A stretch of 64,000 bases of DNA. It comes from a plasmid. This document shows, piece by piece, positions 9,831 to 18,734 of the stretch (the first letter of the stretch is position 1; each line of letters begins with the position of its first letter). The notes under the pieces were generated by a model. The model saw nothing but the letters and a program-made list of their open reading frames with translations, did no database searches and had not been told where the DNA came from. The DNA lies in the NCBI RefSeq assembly GCF_988243305.1, contig NZ_OZ547139.1. One strand, 5' to 3'. The position numbers and the translations under genes are program-made.

Positions 9831-10541
9831 TTAGCGGATAAGGCCTTTACTTGTAGTAACGATTCTATTTTCAGTATCGATACCCGTAATGGTGACTCCG
9901 CCAAGTTGACTACCGACCTTCACAGCATACGTCTGGTTTTTGTATTTTACCCAAGCAAGATCGCCAGATAAATCATTAATTGAAAAACCTCTCAACAAAG
10001 GTAATGCCTGCGACGTTGCCCCAGAAATTGTTCCACTCTGATTACCAAATGAAGGCCCATAACCAGCGGATTTCATTTTCAGTTCCTGAACCTGATTGTT
10101 CAGATTTTTGATTTGTTCATTAGCGCTTTGTAACTGACTGGAAAGGATCATCATTCCATTTTTAGAAGTTGATTCTATCGCGTCCAGCCGTTCCTTTTGC
10201 TGCAGCAAAATCCCGGAAATTTGCTCGCGGAAGTCACCAGAATCCTGCCCGGCAGGGGCAGCCTGTACGTTCTGACGTTGCCCTGAAGACTGGATCGTGC
10301 CATTCCCGGCCGCAGGCGCAGTGTCACTATCGGAGCCCCCAAACAACCAGACTAAAAGCAGGATAGCTATGACAGCGATACCACCAATCCATGCATAGTC
10401 ACTAATCTTAAGCGGCTTTTTGTTTGCTTTTGCTGCTGGCGTCACTGTCGGTTTTGGCTTTTCAGCAGGCTTGGCAGACACCGGTTCCTGGGCAGGAGCT
10501 GCTTCGTTTTTATTGTCTTCTTCAAACAGATTCATTATCAA
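9831..10541 (-). CDS. traP: TraP, DotF/IcmG-like bitopic protein
   Basis: N-terminal Pro/Ala/Lys-rich tail, one TM helix, a coiled region and a C-terminal beta domain; assigned by synteny. Confidence 0.6.
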   Translation of the reverse strand: MIMNLFEEDNKNEAAPAQEPVSAKPAEKPKPTVTPAAKANKKPLKISDYAWIGGIAVIAILLLVWLFGGSDSDTAPAAGNGTIQSSGQRQNVQAAPAGQDSGDFREQISGILLQQKERLDAIESTSKNGMMILSSQLQSANEQIKNLNNQVQELKMKSAGYGPSFGNQSGTISGATSQALPLLRGFSINDLSGDLAWVKYKNQTYAVKVGSQLGGVTITGIDTENRIVTTSKGLIR

Positions 10542-10546
10542 TCTCC

Positions 10547-11896
10547 TTAACGGTAATACGGGTTACTGGAGCCATACCCGTAGCCGGGGTAGCTGGGAAA
10601 GTTTTGCTGAGGGTAATTTGGAGCCGGTGGTTGTGGCATCTGCTGAGGCGGCACACTGGTGAGTGTCGGAGTAGCTTGCTGCTGCGCCTGCTCTGCAGAA
10701 GCATTTTCCATATTCTCGCCACAGTCGCTTTCATACACCGGCGCGACAAACTGGATGCCTATGAGCTGATTACGGTCAACCGTAACCTGCTTCACCGGCA
10801 GACGGGCTGCATCGTCAGCCAGGACACGCCCTGCCTGTTCACCCATCCCGCCAATAATGGTACCGGCTACAGCCTTCCCGTTCGGTGTGCCAGTTGAGCG
10901 GTATGCGTTCCCGCCGTCAGTGATAATCATCTGCGAATTGCTGTCCGCATACAGCTGACCAGTTCGGCCTAATCCGTTAGCGACAGCCGGCAGAATAATA
11001 CGGCTGAACCAGCGGTTATTTACATTTGAGGAAACGGCCGCGCGCAACGAGTCGGAAGCCACGCCATACGCATCGACCTTACACTGCACTCCGTTCAGCT
11101 CCATGCCGGTGAAGTGAATTCGAATACCATCGCCGGCAAGACGGTTTTGGCCAGAATAGAATTTGGCGCCGGCCTGAGCTCCAGTTGGAACATGGGCAAT
11201 AGCAATACTGTTCTGATCGTCACTGTCCATCGCCGTATCCATTACTGCCGGCACAAGCGTGTAAGCCGATACAAGTCGGGCTCCTTTATCTTTGGCCTTA
11301 TTCTTCGCCCCCTGTTGTTTTTCAGCATCCGGCTTTTTGTTCTGCGGATAGACCGAATCGGTCCACCCTGAGAAGGTACCGCCGTTCTTGTCATTTCCTT
11401 CTGCTCCCAGAGGGGTTGCAAGAGCAACACCCGTGACAACTGGTGTTCTGGCCTGGTCTATTTTCTGCAGTAACGTAGCCACCGCTTTAGCCTGACGCTC
11501 ACGCTCTTTCTGCTCAGCATCATTCGCCTTACTGTTATCGCCCGACGGCTTTGCTGACGATTCCCACGAATATTTTGGTGGCGGTGCTTTGGTGCCGTAA
11601 TCAACGGCCACCGGATTACTGGCTGACAACGTGGAGATGAAGCTATCCCCTGTGAGAGCCGCTTTATCTGAATTATCAACATTCCACTCATTCAGCAGCT
11701 TGTTGTATTGGGGATCATTAGCTTTTTCCCTGCCAGTTTTCCCTTCCAGCCCCTGGGCTTTCACCTGCGACCCACCCGTTGCCGACTCATCTGATGAGCC
11801 AAACAACCAGTACCCTCCCAGAAGCGCCACCACTGCAGCAGCACCACCGACGTAGAGCATCATTTTTCTGGTTTCTTTACCTTTATCTGTAGCCAT
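10547..11896 (-). CDS. traO: TraO, DotG/IcmE (VirB10-like) core-complex protein
   Basis: 449 aa with an N-terminal TM helix and a C-terminal VirB10-like region ending in a Pro/Gln/Tyr-rich tail; assigned by synteny. Confidence 0.7.
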   Translation of the reverse strand: MATDKGKETRKMMLYVGGAAAVVALLGGYWLFGSSDESATGGSQVKAQGLEGKTGREKANDPQYNKLLNEWNVDNSDKAALTGDSFISTLSASNPVAVDYGTKAPPPKYSWESSAKPSGDNSKANDAEQKERERQAKAVATLLQKIDQARTPVVTGVALATPLGAEGNDKNGGTFSGWTDSVYPQNKKPDAEKQQGAKNKAKDKGARLVSAYTLVPAVMDTAMDSDDQNSIAIAHVPTGAQAGAKFYSGQNRLAGDGIRIHFTGMELNGVQCKVDAYGVASDSLRAAVSSNVNNRWFSRIILPAVANGLGRTGQLYADSNSQMIITDGGNAYRSTGTPNGKAVAGTIIGGMGEQAGRVLADDAARLPVKQVTVDRNQLIGIQFVAPVYESDCGENMENASAEQAQQQATPTLTSVPPQQMPQPPAPNYPQQNFPSYPGYGYGSSNPYYR

Positions 11897-11907
11897 CGTC
11901 GTTCCCC

Positions 11908-13059
11908 TTAATTCAGCTCAACTTCAACGTCACGCGCCTGACCATTAACAGAAAAAGTCAGCACTGGTGTTGCCGGCAGCACGTAAACATGTGTGCCATC
12001 GATAGCGGAAAGCGTTTTTTCAAACTCATCCTGCAGCTGCATGTTACTTCTGACGTAGAGCTCATCACCGATCTGCCAGACTTTGGTACTCCCTGGCGCG
12101 TTTTTAAGTTTCAACCGCTGAGCATCTTCAGGCGGGATGCCATCGAGCACGCTCTGCAGCTGCTTGTCATACAGTGAGATTTTTTTCTCAGGCGTAGCGG
12201 TATAAACCGGTGTGTCAGGACTGCGCTTCGGGATACGGAGATCCAGACGATAATCAACATCAACGGTTTTTGATTTAACGGAGGGTTCTGCCCCCTTCAC
12301 GTTAATAATGACCGGCGTGGCCAGCCCCTTCAGAAGCACTGTGATGTTCCCGCTGGCATAGGCATTGGTCGGCTGGATTGTGAATACCGCCGATCCTGGA
12401 ATATAGCCAACACACAGTTCACCACCTGAAGCACAGGGACTCGAATTATATGGAGGGGCACCTAATACCCAGGGGTGTCCGGTTGCATCTGAAAACGTCA
12501 CTGTCGTTGCCTGGTTTGGAAATACCCGTACCTGCGGAATGGATGCGCCAGCTGACAGTGATACCGTCTGGCTTGAAATTCGTGGGATCGGCGTTAATGG
12601 TGAGGTTTTGGCCGCCGCGCTCATATCTTCCATTGCGCTGCGGGCCGACCGCACCTGACCAGGGGTAATAGGCTGGATCTGCTGCAGAACAGGTGCAGGT
12701 AACTCTTCCAGTGTCTGCGGATTAACATGAGTAACCTGCTGCTGTGGTGGAGGAATCTGCGGCATGGGTGCAGGAGGCAGTGCAGTCGTTGGCCGCTGTT
12801 GGGCCTGTGCCTGTGGTTGTTGGCCTTGCGCCTGCTGCTGACCTTGTTCCTGTGCTGTTTGCTGTGGAGGCTGTTGCACCTGTGACTGCTGATTTACGGG
12901 CAACCCGGAACTGGCCTGCTGCCATTGAGCAATATCACCACCAGGCACAGCTGGCGCCGTTTGCTGCGGCGCTCCATTACCAGTCGGCGCATCAGCTGCA
13001 GATACAGAATTTGCCGAAAACAGTGCGGCCATAAGTACAGTTAACAGTTTAATCTTCAT
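11908..13059 (-). CDS. traN: TraN, DotH/IcmK-like outer-membrane core protein
   Basis: Signal peptide MKIKLLTVLMAALFSANSVSA, a Gln/Pro-rich linker, then a beta-rich C-terminus; assigned by synteny. Confidence 0.7.
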   Translation of the reverse strand: MKIKLLTVLMAALFSANSVSAADAPTGNGAPQQTAPAVPGGDIAQWQQASSGLPVNQQSQVQQPPQQTAQEQGQQQAQGQQPQAQAQQRPTTALPPAPMPQIPPPQQQVTHVNPQTLEELPAPVLQQIQPITPGQVRSARSAMEDMSAAAKTSPLTPIPRISSQTVSLSAGASIPQVRVFPNQATTVTFSDATGHPWVLGAPPYNSSPCASGGELCVGYIPGSAVFTIQPTNAYASGNITVLLKGLATPVIINVKGAEPSVKSKTVDVDYRLDLRIPKRSPDTPVYTATPEKKISLYDKQLQSVLDGIPPEDAQRLKLKNAPGSTKVWQIGDELYVRSNMQLQDEFEKTLSAIDGTHVYVLPATPVLTFSVNGQARDVEVELN

Positions 13060-13067
13060 GATTGACC

Positions 13068-13781
13068 TCAGTAGTTCCGGGGTTTGAGAATGGCCTGTGC
13101 TACTTGAATACCCCGTGGATCTTCGTCTTCTTTGACGCGGCGTACCTGAACCATCAAATCGTAAGGTTGCGGTCTGTAGTCCTGAGCCTGCCCAACAAGC
13201 TGAACAGTCACCGGAATGCGGTATTGCCAGGCATAGGTTTTGGTGCCACGGATAAGACCTTCCGTGATCAGGGTTCCAGGAGTTGTGGAAAGTTTTACGT
13301 TCAGACGTTTTTCACTGATATCTTTCAGCAGCCCACTATCGGACAGCGCTTTACGGAAACTAACGTACCCTTCAGCGCTAAAATCGCCGCGGACGCTGGT
13401 TAATTGGTTTTCGTAATTCACAAAGTTCAGTGAAAGCGATTTGATCATTGTACGGTTGGCAAAGTCCATCACCTCTTCCGCCGTGTAAGCGGGTTCATCG
13501 GTTGGATGAACTTCTGTGATCATGCCCCCATTCGTTGCAATATATTTGGTTTTTTTCTGGTGAAGCCAGTAACCCTGAAGACCAATGATAATGATTGCGA
13601 CTAATATGATTAGCGTTTGAATCAAAATTACTTTTAAACCATGTTTCGATACGATTTCTTGTACCGTTCGGTTACTCTCTTCAGCCAGAGCTGGAGCAAG
13701 GGCGTTGCTGTCATCATCAACGACTGAGTTTTGATCCGAGTCAGTTTGATCCATAATATTTTCACCATTTTGTGTTTTCAT
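13068..13781 (-). CDS. traM: TraM, DotI/IcmL-like bitopic protein
   Basis: Single TM helix (VILIQTLIILVAIIIIGL) plus a periplasmic domain. The start is uncertain (ATG 13781 or 13754) because the long ORF start overlaps the divergent hns-like gene. Confidence 0.6.
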   Translation of the reverse strand: MKTQNGENIMDQTDSDQNSVVDDDSNALAPALAEESNRTVQEIVSKHGLKVILIQTLIILVAIIIIGLQGYWLHQKKTKYIATNGGMITEVHPTDEPAYTAEEVMDFANRTMIKSLSLNFVNYENQLTSVRGDFSAEGYVSFRKALSDSGLLKDISEKRLNVKLSTTPGTLITEGLIRGTKTYAWQYRIPVTVQLVGQAQDYRPQPYDLMVQVRRVKEDEDPRGIQVAQAILKPRNY

Positions 13782-13848
13782 AGAGTTTCTCTTTTCAAAA
13801 GTTTGTGTTAGAAAATCACGCAGATCGTTAATGAACAATGAGGTATAC

Positions 13849-14259
13849 ATGAGCGAACATAATGATTACGAATCCTGTGCAGTTATCATGTGCGAACGAC
13901 GAAAAGCCACCGCCGTTTTGCGCAAAATCCCGCCAGAAAACCTTGAACAACTCATTAATATGTGGTCCGACATTGCACAGGGAATGATCGAGAAATTTAA
14001 GGAAGAACAGAAGGCCACTGAAGAGAAAGCCGCAGCCACAAAGCGGTTCATGGAAGAACACAATATTACGGCTGATGAAGCTCTCCAGATCTTCGAAAAT
14101 CTCTTTGGTCCGTCCACGAAAAGTAAATCCACTTTTGGAAAAGTGAAGTACCGGATCGAAGTTGATGGAAAGTCCATAACCTGGACAGGAAAAGGTCGCC
14201 GACCTGCAGCGTTTGCCGAGATGAGCGACGATGAGCTCAAAAAATATGAAATCAGCTGA
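13849..14259 (+). CDS. H-NS family nucleoid-associated protein (136 aa), opposite in orientation to the tra operon
   Basis: The C-terminus KYRIEVDGKSITWTGKGRRPAAFAEM matches the H-NS DNA-binding motif (TWTGQGRTP). N-terminal coiled coil. GAGGT Shine-Dalgarno before ATG 13849. Confidence 0.8.
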   Translation: MSEHNDYESCAVIMCERRKATAVLRKIPPENLEQLINMWSDIAQGMIEKFKEEQKATEEKAAATKRFMEEHNITADEALQIFENLFGPSTKSKSTFGKVKYRIEVDGKSITWTGKGRRPAAFAEMSDDELKKYEIS

Positions 14260-14443
14260 AGACTGGCTGCATACTGTCAGACGTTTCATGAATGAAGATT
14301 CGCTTGATACGTATGTAGACTCAAAACGTGATGTTCTACCTGCCACAGAATTTATGCGTTTACTAACCGCGGCGGAACACCGCCGCGTTGAAATACGAAC
14401 CGGCAAGCTATTCGATAAAATCCCGAAAGGACTCTTCCGGTAG
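14231..14443 (+). CDS. Small protein (65-70 aa) coupled to the hns-like gene; C-terminal AAEHRRVEIRTGKLFDKIP motif
   Basis: The ORF overlaps the hns-like stop. Its C-terminal motif is shared with the 76-aa product of 28897-29127. Function unknown. Confidence 0.5.
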   Translation: MSSKNMKSAEDWLHTVRRFMNEDSLDTYVDSKRDVLPATEFMRLLTAAEHRRVEIRTGKLFDKIPKGLFR

Positions 14444-14956
14444 TTACAAATGGAACGGGAATGCATCACTGTTTGCATCCTCACCACTTCCACTCGCAGC
14501 TGCCGGATTGTTTAATTGCACATTTTTAGAAGATGCGTTGGGCAGGATACCTGACGTATCTGGCAGTCGGGATGAAATCGTTGACCACGGGTCCAGCGTC
14601 GTATTAGTCAGGTTCCCCCACTTCTCATTAATCTTCGATTTAACCGTATTGCATACCTCATCCTTCACCTTATCAATAATGTCGCTGATAGACGGAAACT
14701 GTGGGATTTTAAGTGATACCGATAGCGACCCCAGGCACTGTCCGAGAGAATCAGACGTACTGGATTCGCTTTTTGCGGCGTTGTTAATCCTTTCCACTTC
14801 CTGCTTATAGGCAGCATCTGCACCAGCTTTTGCCAGTTCGTATGCTGCACAGGTCTGTGTTGCCGCAAATGAGCTCACAGAAATGCAGGAAAACCCTACT
14901 GCAACGAGTAGGGTTTTTGTTTTATGGCCGAGGCGCTGACTTTGCGACTGGTGCAT
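14444..14956 (-). CDS. traL: TraL-position exported protein
   Basis: Signal-like LLVAVGFSCISVSSFAA, downstream of the primase. Start uncertain (ATG 14956, 14977/14980 or 14998). Confidence 0.55.
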   Translation of the reverse strand: MHQSQSQRLGHKTKTLLVAVGFSCISVSSFAATQTCAAYELAKAGADAAYKQEVERINNAAKSESSTSDSLGQCLGSLSVSLKIPQFPSISDIIDKVKDEVCNTVKSKINEKWGNLTNTTLDPWSTISSRLPDTSGILPNASSKNVQLNNPAAASGSGEDANSDAFPFHL

Positions 14957-17900
14957 GAGTCTGTTCTCTCCTTTCATCATCTTTTCTTTTTGCAGCATTT
15001 GAAGGATGAAAAAGCTGCTTCATTACTGTTTTGTTTTTTACCTCATCTGAGGCCGCTTGTAAATGCTGAGGCTGTTTTTCATTTGCAATTGTGTTTTTGT
15101 AAAGCAAATTTTTACCCCCCTGATCTACATGTCCATAACCATGCAAAACAATTCCACTTTCGGCATTTTTATTGATTGCTGAAAGAGTCATATACGTTTT
15201 CCAGTTTCCGTCTTTATCAATACGCTTGTTCACTTTTCCAATCACGCTATGGTACTCACCGGACTCCTTATCCTTTGCGATCCCCTGCATGAATCCTTTA
15301 CGCGACTCAACAAGGAAATAATCTGGGCGTTCGCCTTTTTTATGCGGTGCGATCAGCAAAGGTGTACCCGCGGTTTTTGACTCTTGAGGGAGTTTATAGC
15401 CTGTGGGCTTTGTCATGCTTTCTGGAGCTGGCTTACCATTAGGCAGGAACCAGTACAGTTCTTTTTCAGGCACGGCCTCACGGCTGAGATCAACACCGGT
15501 AATCTGCTGAATTGTTGTGCGGAGCTTCTGGAAGGTTGCAGCATCATACGGAACCAGTTCAGAAGGCTTATAGGCCTGTTCATTCCCTGCTGTTGGCTGT
15601 GGGTATACAGGCTTTACTTCCCACTCATTACGTTTGGTCTGGATAGTTTCATAACGAACGATCTTGTTGCTTTCATCACGGACAGGTGCATTCACCTCAA
15701 CATCCACAAATCCCAGCTTTCTGACTGTAACAAGACGTTCTGTGTCTACACCAGCATCTTTAACCGCTCTCTCAAGGTCTTTCCCCCAGAGTGTCTTCTC
15801 TCCATGTTCATTTTTGAGGGTGACAAAGTAGTTCATGGATTCATCTTCTTTCCACTCATACTTAGCACGTCCATGCGCGACGATAACGCCTTTCTCCCAG
15901 GGTTCCCCTGCAGCTTTATCTTCCTTTTGAGTATCAGATGCATTCTGCTTCTTCGGCTGCACAGAGGCCGATTCTTCCCAGCGCATTCCATTCTGCTGAA
16001 CTGATGAATTTGTCTTTTCGTTTGCCCCTTCCTGCTTATTCGCATTTGAATCAGCAACATTTTCTTTTGCCGTTTCTTTTGCTGTTTCATTTGCTTTTTT
16101 GAGTTCGAGCAATTTAACCCTTTGTTCTGGGTTAGTCAGTTTCACCTCAATGTTGTATTCACTGATAAGGTTAAACACTCGCTCTTTAAATTCGTCACTG
16201 CCGGTGATTTCAATACCACGATGATGTTGCTTATCCGCGGTTAGAACGGCCGCCAGGATCATCTCGTCACTCTGGCTGGCTTCAGGGGTAGCCATACGCA
16301 GATGTGAGCCGTAATCGTAAAACGCATCCTGTCCATCAAGCGTATACGCCGTATAATCTTTCTCTGCTCTGTACCCAAACCGGGCAATTAACCCTTCCAG
16401 GTCTATACGTTCTTTTGGGGGCGTTTCTGCATTATCGTTGGTTGCCCAGCGTATGCCGTTTTCCAGTTCTTCGTTTGTTTTTTTCTTCTCCTCGGTTTCA
16501 TTTTCAGCCGGGGCGGTATTAGCTACAGATTCGCTGGGCGCTATCCTTTCAGGCTTTTGCTGAGCGGAGTCAGTTGTTTCACCGCCAAAGGCCATCATAG
16601 CGGCATACGCCTCAAGATCACTGGCGCTATTACTCTCTTCATCATCGCCGTCTCGATCTGTTGGTGCGGTGTATTCCGGTTCAGCAGCTGCAGGGGTGCT
16701 GGACACCGGCACAGCTTCCTCCGGTTCGGCAGCTGCAGGGGCGCTGGCCACCGGCGCGGTTTCCTCCGGTTCGGCAGCTGCAGGGGCGCTGGCCACCGGC
16801 GCGGTTTCCTCCGGTTCAGCAGCTGCAGGGGCGCTGGCCACCGGCGCGACTTCCACCGGTTCAGCAGCTGCAGGGGCGCTGGCCACCGGCGCGGTTTCCT
16901 CCGGTTCAGCAGCTGCAGGGGCGCTGGCCACCGGCGCGGCTTCCACCGCTTCAGCAGCTGCAGGGGCGCTGGCCACCGGCGCGGTTTCCTCCGGTTCGGC
17001 AGCTGCAGGGGCGCTGGCCACCGGCGCGACTTCCACCGGTTCATCAGCTGCAGGGGCGCTGGCCACCGGCGCGGCTTCCACCGCTTCAGCAGCTGCAGGG
17101 GCGCTGGCCACCGGCGCGGTTTCCTCCGGTTCGGCAGCTGCAGGGGCGCTGGCCACCGGCGCGGTTTCCTCCGGTTCGGCAGCTGCAGGGGCGCTGGCCA
17201 CCGGCGCGGCTTTTTCAGGATCTGCAACGGCAGCGCTGTCAGTCGAGCTGTGATTAACGTCAGTAATGTTCGGGTTATCAGTCGGCATAGTGTCTACCCT
17301 GTTCATTTGATTAATGGCTCCTTCTACCTGCAATCTGACTTGCTCCAGCCCTTCAGAGACATGCAAATCGTTGTAGTCAGTAAGCCCTTCTTTCGGGTTG
17401 CTAAAGGCAGGGACCAGAACATGGCCGGCAGTCAGCTCTGCAGCTTCTGTCGCTTTTTCTAGCCCAACGTTCTCGTCTTTATAAATGTCATTGTCAGCAA
17501 GGAAGTAATGAGTGCTGTTTGGAAAGGTGTCTTTCAGGCGGCCAGCAACTTCCACCATGTTGCCGGCATTAACCGTCATGATCACAGGCTGATTGATGGC
17601 TTCGCTGATACTGGCTGCTGTCGCATATCCCTCGGCATAAAGCAGGTTGTCACCATCCTTCAGTTGACCACCCACAACGAAAAAACTCCCCCATGCCTGG
17701 CCGTCTTTTTCAAGGTGTTTACTACCGTCGGACCAGATGCGCTCAAGGGTCCTGAACTCGCCATCAGCATTAAACAGAGGGATCACAACGTTGCCCCGCT
17801 CATCAGCTTTAAGGCCGTTAGCGGCAATGACCTGTTTGTTTTTCAGGTATGCCAGATCTCCCGTGGCATCCGGAAGCCGGTTATATTCTTCCATCAACCG

Positions 17901-18449
17901 GTTAGCGGTCTGATCAAACTTATCCGCTTGCGCTGCAGCTCTTTGTTCACGCCTTGCCGCAGCATCAGCACGGAGCATGGCCATTTGTTCAGGGTTAGGG
18001 GCTGCGCCGGTAGATACCCATTTCTGAATTTCACCACCGTTCTTATAGTCCCTGTACCACCCTGCAGGTCGGCCATCCAGAAAGGCGGCATACACCCCCT
18101 TTCTTGAACCAGCTTTACCGTCCACGGTATCGACATAATGCTTCTGGCCATCGAACTCTATGGGGTCTTTGATAATGGCACCGCGCTCTTCAAGCCACGC
18201 CGTAAATTCATCTTCAATGGCTTGAATATCCAGGGGCGGTTCTTCGATCACTTTATTGGGGTCAAAAATCCACTCTTTCAGCCGGCTCAGGTTGGCCCCC
18301 GGCTGTGCATACCACACCTTTTCTTCCTTCACGTAGTCCAGAGCATTACTGCCATCAGCCAGTTTGCCGGCCGCACGTATTGCACGTTGGCGATCGTCAA
18401 AGGGAATACTCAGACGGGTTCTTTCAGTTGCAATTTCAGGTTTCGCCAT
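14922..18449 (-). CDS. Sog/Pri-like conjugative DNA primase (1175 aa) with an internal 12 x 15-aa tandem-repeat linker
   Basis: N-terminal domain RTRLSIPFDDRQRAIRAAGKL...KVWYAQPG. TOPRIM-like region (YAEGYATAASI..., FLADNDIYKD). Lies at the sog position between traK and traL. Confidence 0.8.
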   Translation of the reverse strand: MAKPEIATERTRLSIPFDDRQRAIRAAGKLADGSNALDYVKEEKVWYAQPGANLSRLKEWIFDPNKVIEEPPLDIQAIEDEFTAWLEERGAIIKDPIEFDGQKHYVDTVDGKAGSRKGVYAAFLDGRPAGWYRDYKNGGEIQKWVSTGAAPNPEQMAMLRADAAARREQRAAAQADKFDQTANRLMEEYNRLPDATGDLAYLKNKQVIAANGLKADERGNVVIPLFNADGEFRTLERIWSDGSKHLEKDGQAWGSFFVVGGQLKDGDNLLYAEGYATAASISEAINQPVIMTVNAGNMVEVAGRLKDTFPNSTHYFLADNDIYKDENVGLEKATEAAELTAGHVLVPAFSNPKEGLTDYNDLHVSEGLEQVRLQVEGAINQMNRVDTMPTDNPNITDVNHSSTDSAAVADPEKAAPVASAPAAAEPEETAPVASAPAAAEPEETAPVASAPAAAEAVEAAPVASAPAADEPVEVAPVASAPAAAEPEETAPVASAPAAAEAVEAAPVASAPAAAEPEETAPVASAPAAAEPVEVAPVASAPAAAEPEETAPVASAPAAAEPEETAPVASAPAAAEPEEAVPVSSTPAAAEPEYTAPTDRDGDDEESNSASDLEAYAAMMAFGGETTDSAQQKPERIAPSESVANTAPAENETEEKKKTNEELENGIRWATNDNAETPPKERIDLEGLIARFGYRAEKDYTAYTLDGQDAFYDYGSHLRMATPEASQSDEMILAAVLTADKQHHRGIEITGSDEFKERVFNLISEYNIEVKLTNPEQRVKLLELKKANETAKETAKENVADSNANKQEGANEKTNSSVQQNGMRWEESASVQPKKQNASDTQKEDKAAGEPWEKGVIVAHGRAKYEWKEDESMNYFVTLKNEHGEKTLWGKDLERAVKDAGVDTERLVTVRKLGFVDVEVNAPVRDESNKIVRYETIQTKRNEWEVKPVYPQPTAGNEQAYKPSELVPYDAATFQKLRTTIQQITGVDLSREAVPEKELYWFLPNGKPAPESMTKPTGYKLPQESKTAGTPLLIAPHKKGERPDYFLVESRKGFMQGIAKDKESGEYHSVIGKVNKRIDKDGNWKTYMTLSAINKNAESGIVLHGYGHVDQGGKNLLYKNTIANEKQPQHLQAASDEVKNKTVMKQLFHPSNAAKRKDDERREQTHAPVAKSAPRP
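16676..17215. repeat. Tandem repeat, 12 x 45 bp (encodes EETAPVASAPAAAEP-type units inside the primase)
   Basis: Counted directly: the unit ccggttcggcagctgcaggggcgctggccaccggcgcggtttcct recurs head-to-tail with a few point variants. Confidence 0.95.
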
Positions 18450-18473
18450 ACTGTCTACCCCTGTAGTTATGTG

Positions 18474-18734
18474 TTATCGCTGAGAGCGCCGGTACCACCA
18501 CGGCCGCCCGGTAAGTTTTTTCCCGCGGATAACCCGGAGAATGACCTGGTACAGCACCGGTAACGTGTAGCCCATCATGGCCAGCAGAAAGTAAAAGAGA
18601 ACCACACAGGTGCAGATAACAAAGGTTTTTACTGACGGGAACGGAAACCAGATGAAGTACACAAGAAACGAGATAACAGGCACACCAAAAACCGTCAGTG
18701 GCCGGCCGGCATAACGCCATTTGTTAATGTCCAT
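18474..18734 (-). CDS. traK: TraK, IcmT-like small membrane protein (86 aa)
   Basis: Size, two TM helices, and position after traJ. Confidence 0.65.
   Translation of the reverse strand: MDINKWRYAGRPLTVFGVPVISFLVYFIWFPFPSVKTFVICTCVVLFYFLLAMMGYTLPVLYQVILRVIRGKKLTGRPWWYRRSQR

Noticed and set aside
13828-14493. 221-aa and 124-aa minus-strand ORFs opposite the hns-like gene pair
   Set aside because: They lack an SD and any recognisable motif. They are antisense to a gene with an unmistakable H-NS C-terminal motif.
16676-17215. Regular 45-bp repeats that could be mistaken for a CRISPR array
   Set aside because: The units are contiguous with no unique spacers. They are in frame within a long gene, and no cas genes or leader are present.
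16557-17462. Four long overlapping ORFs (301, 210, 198 and 194 aa) in other frames and strands across 16.55-17.46 kb
   Set aside because: They are by-products of the 12 x 45-bp tandem repeat, which keeps every frame open. They have low-complexity Arg/Gly/Pro/Ala content and lie entirely inside the primase gene.
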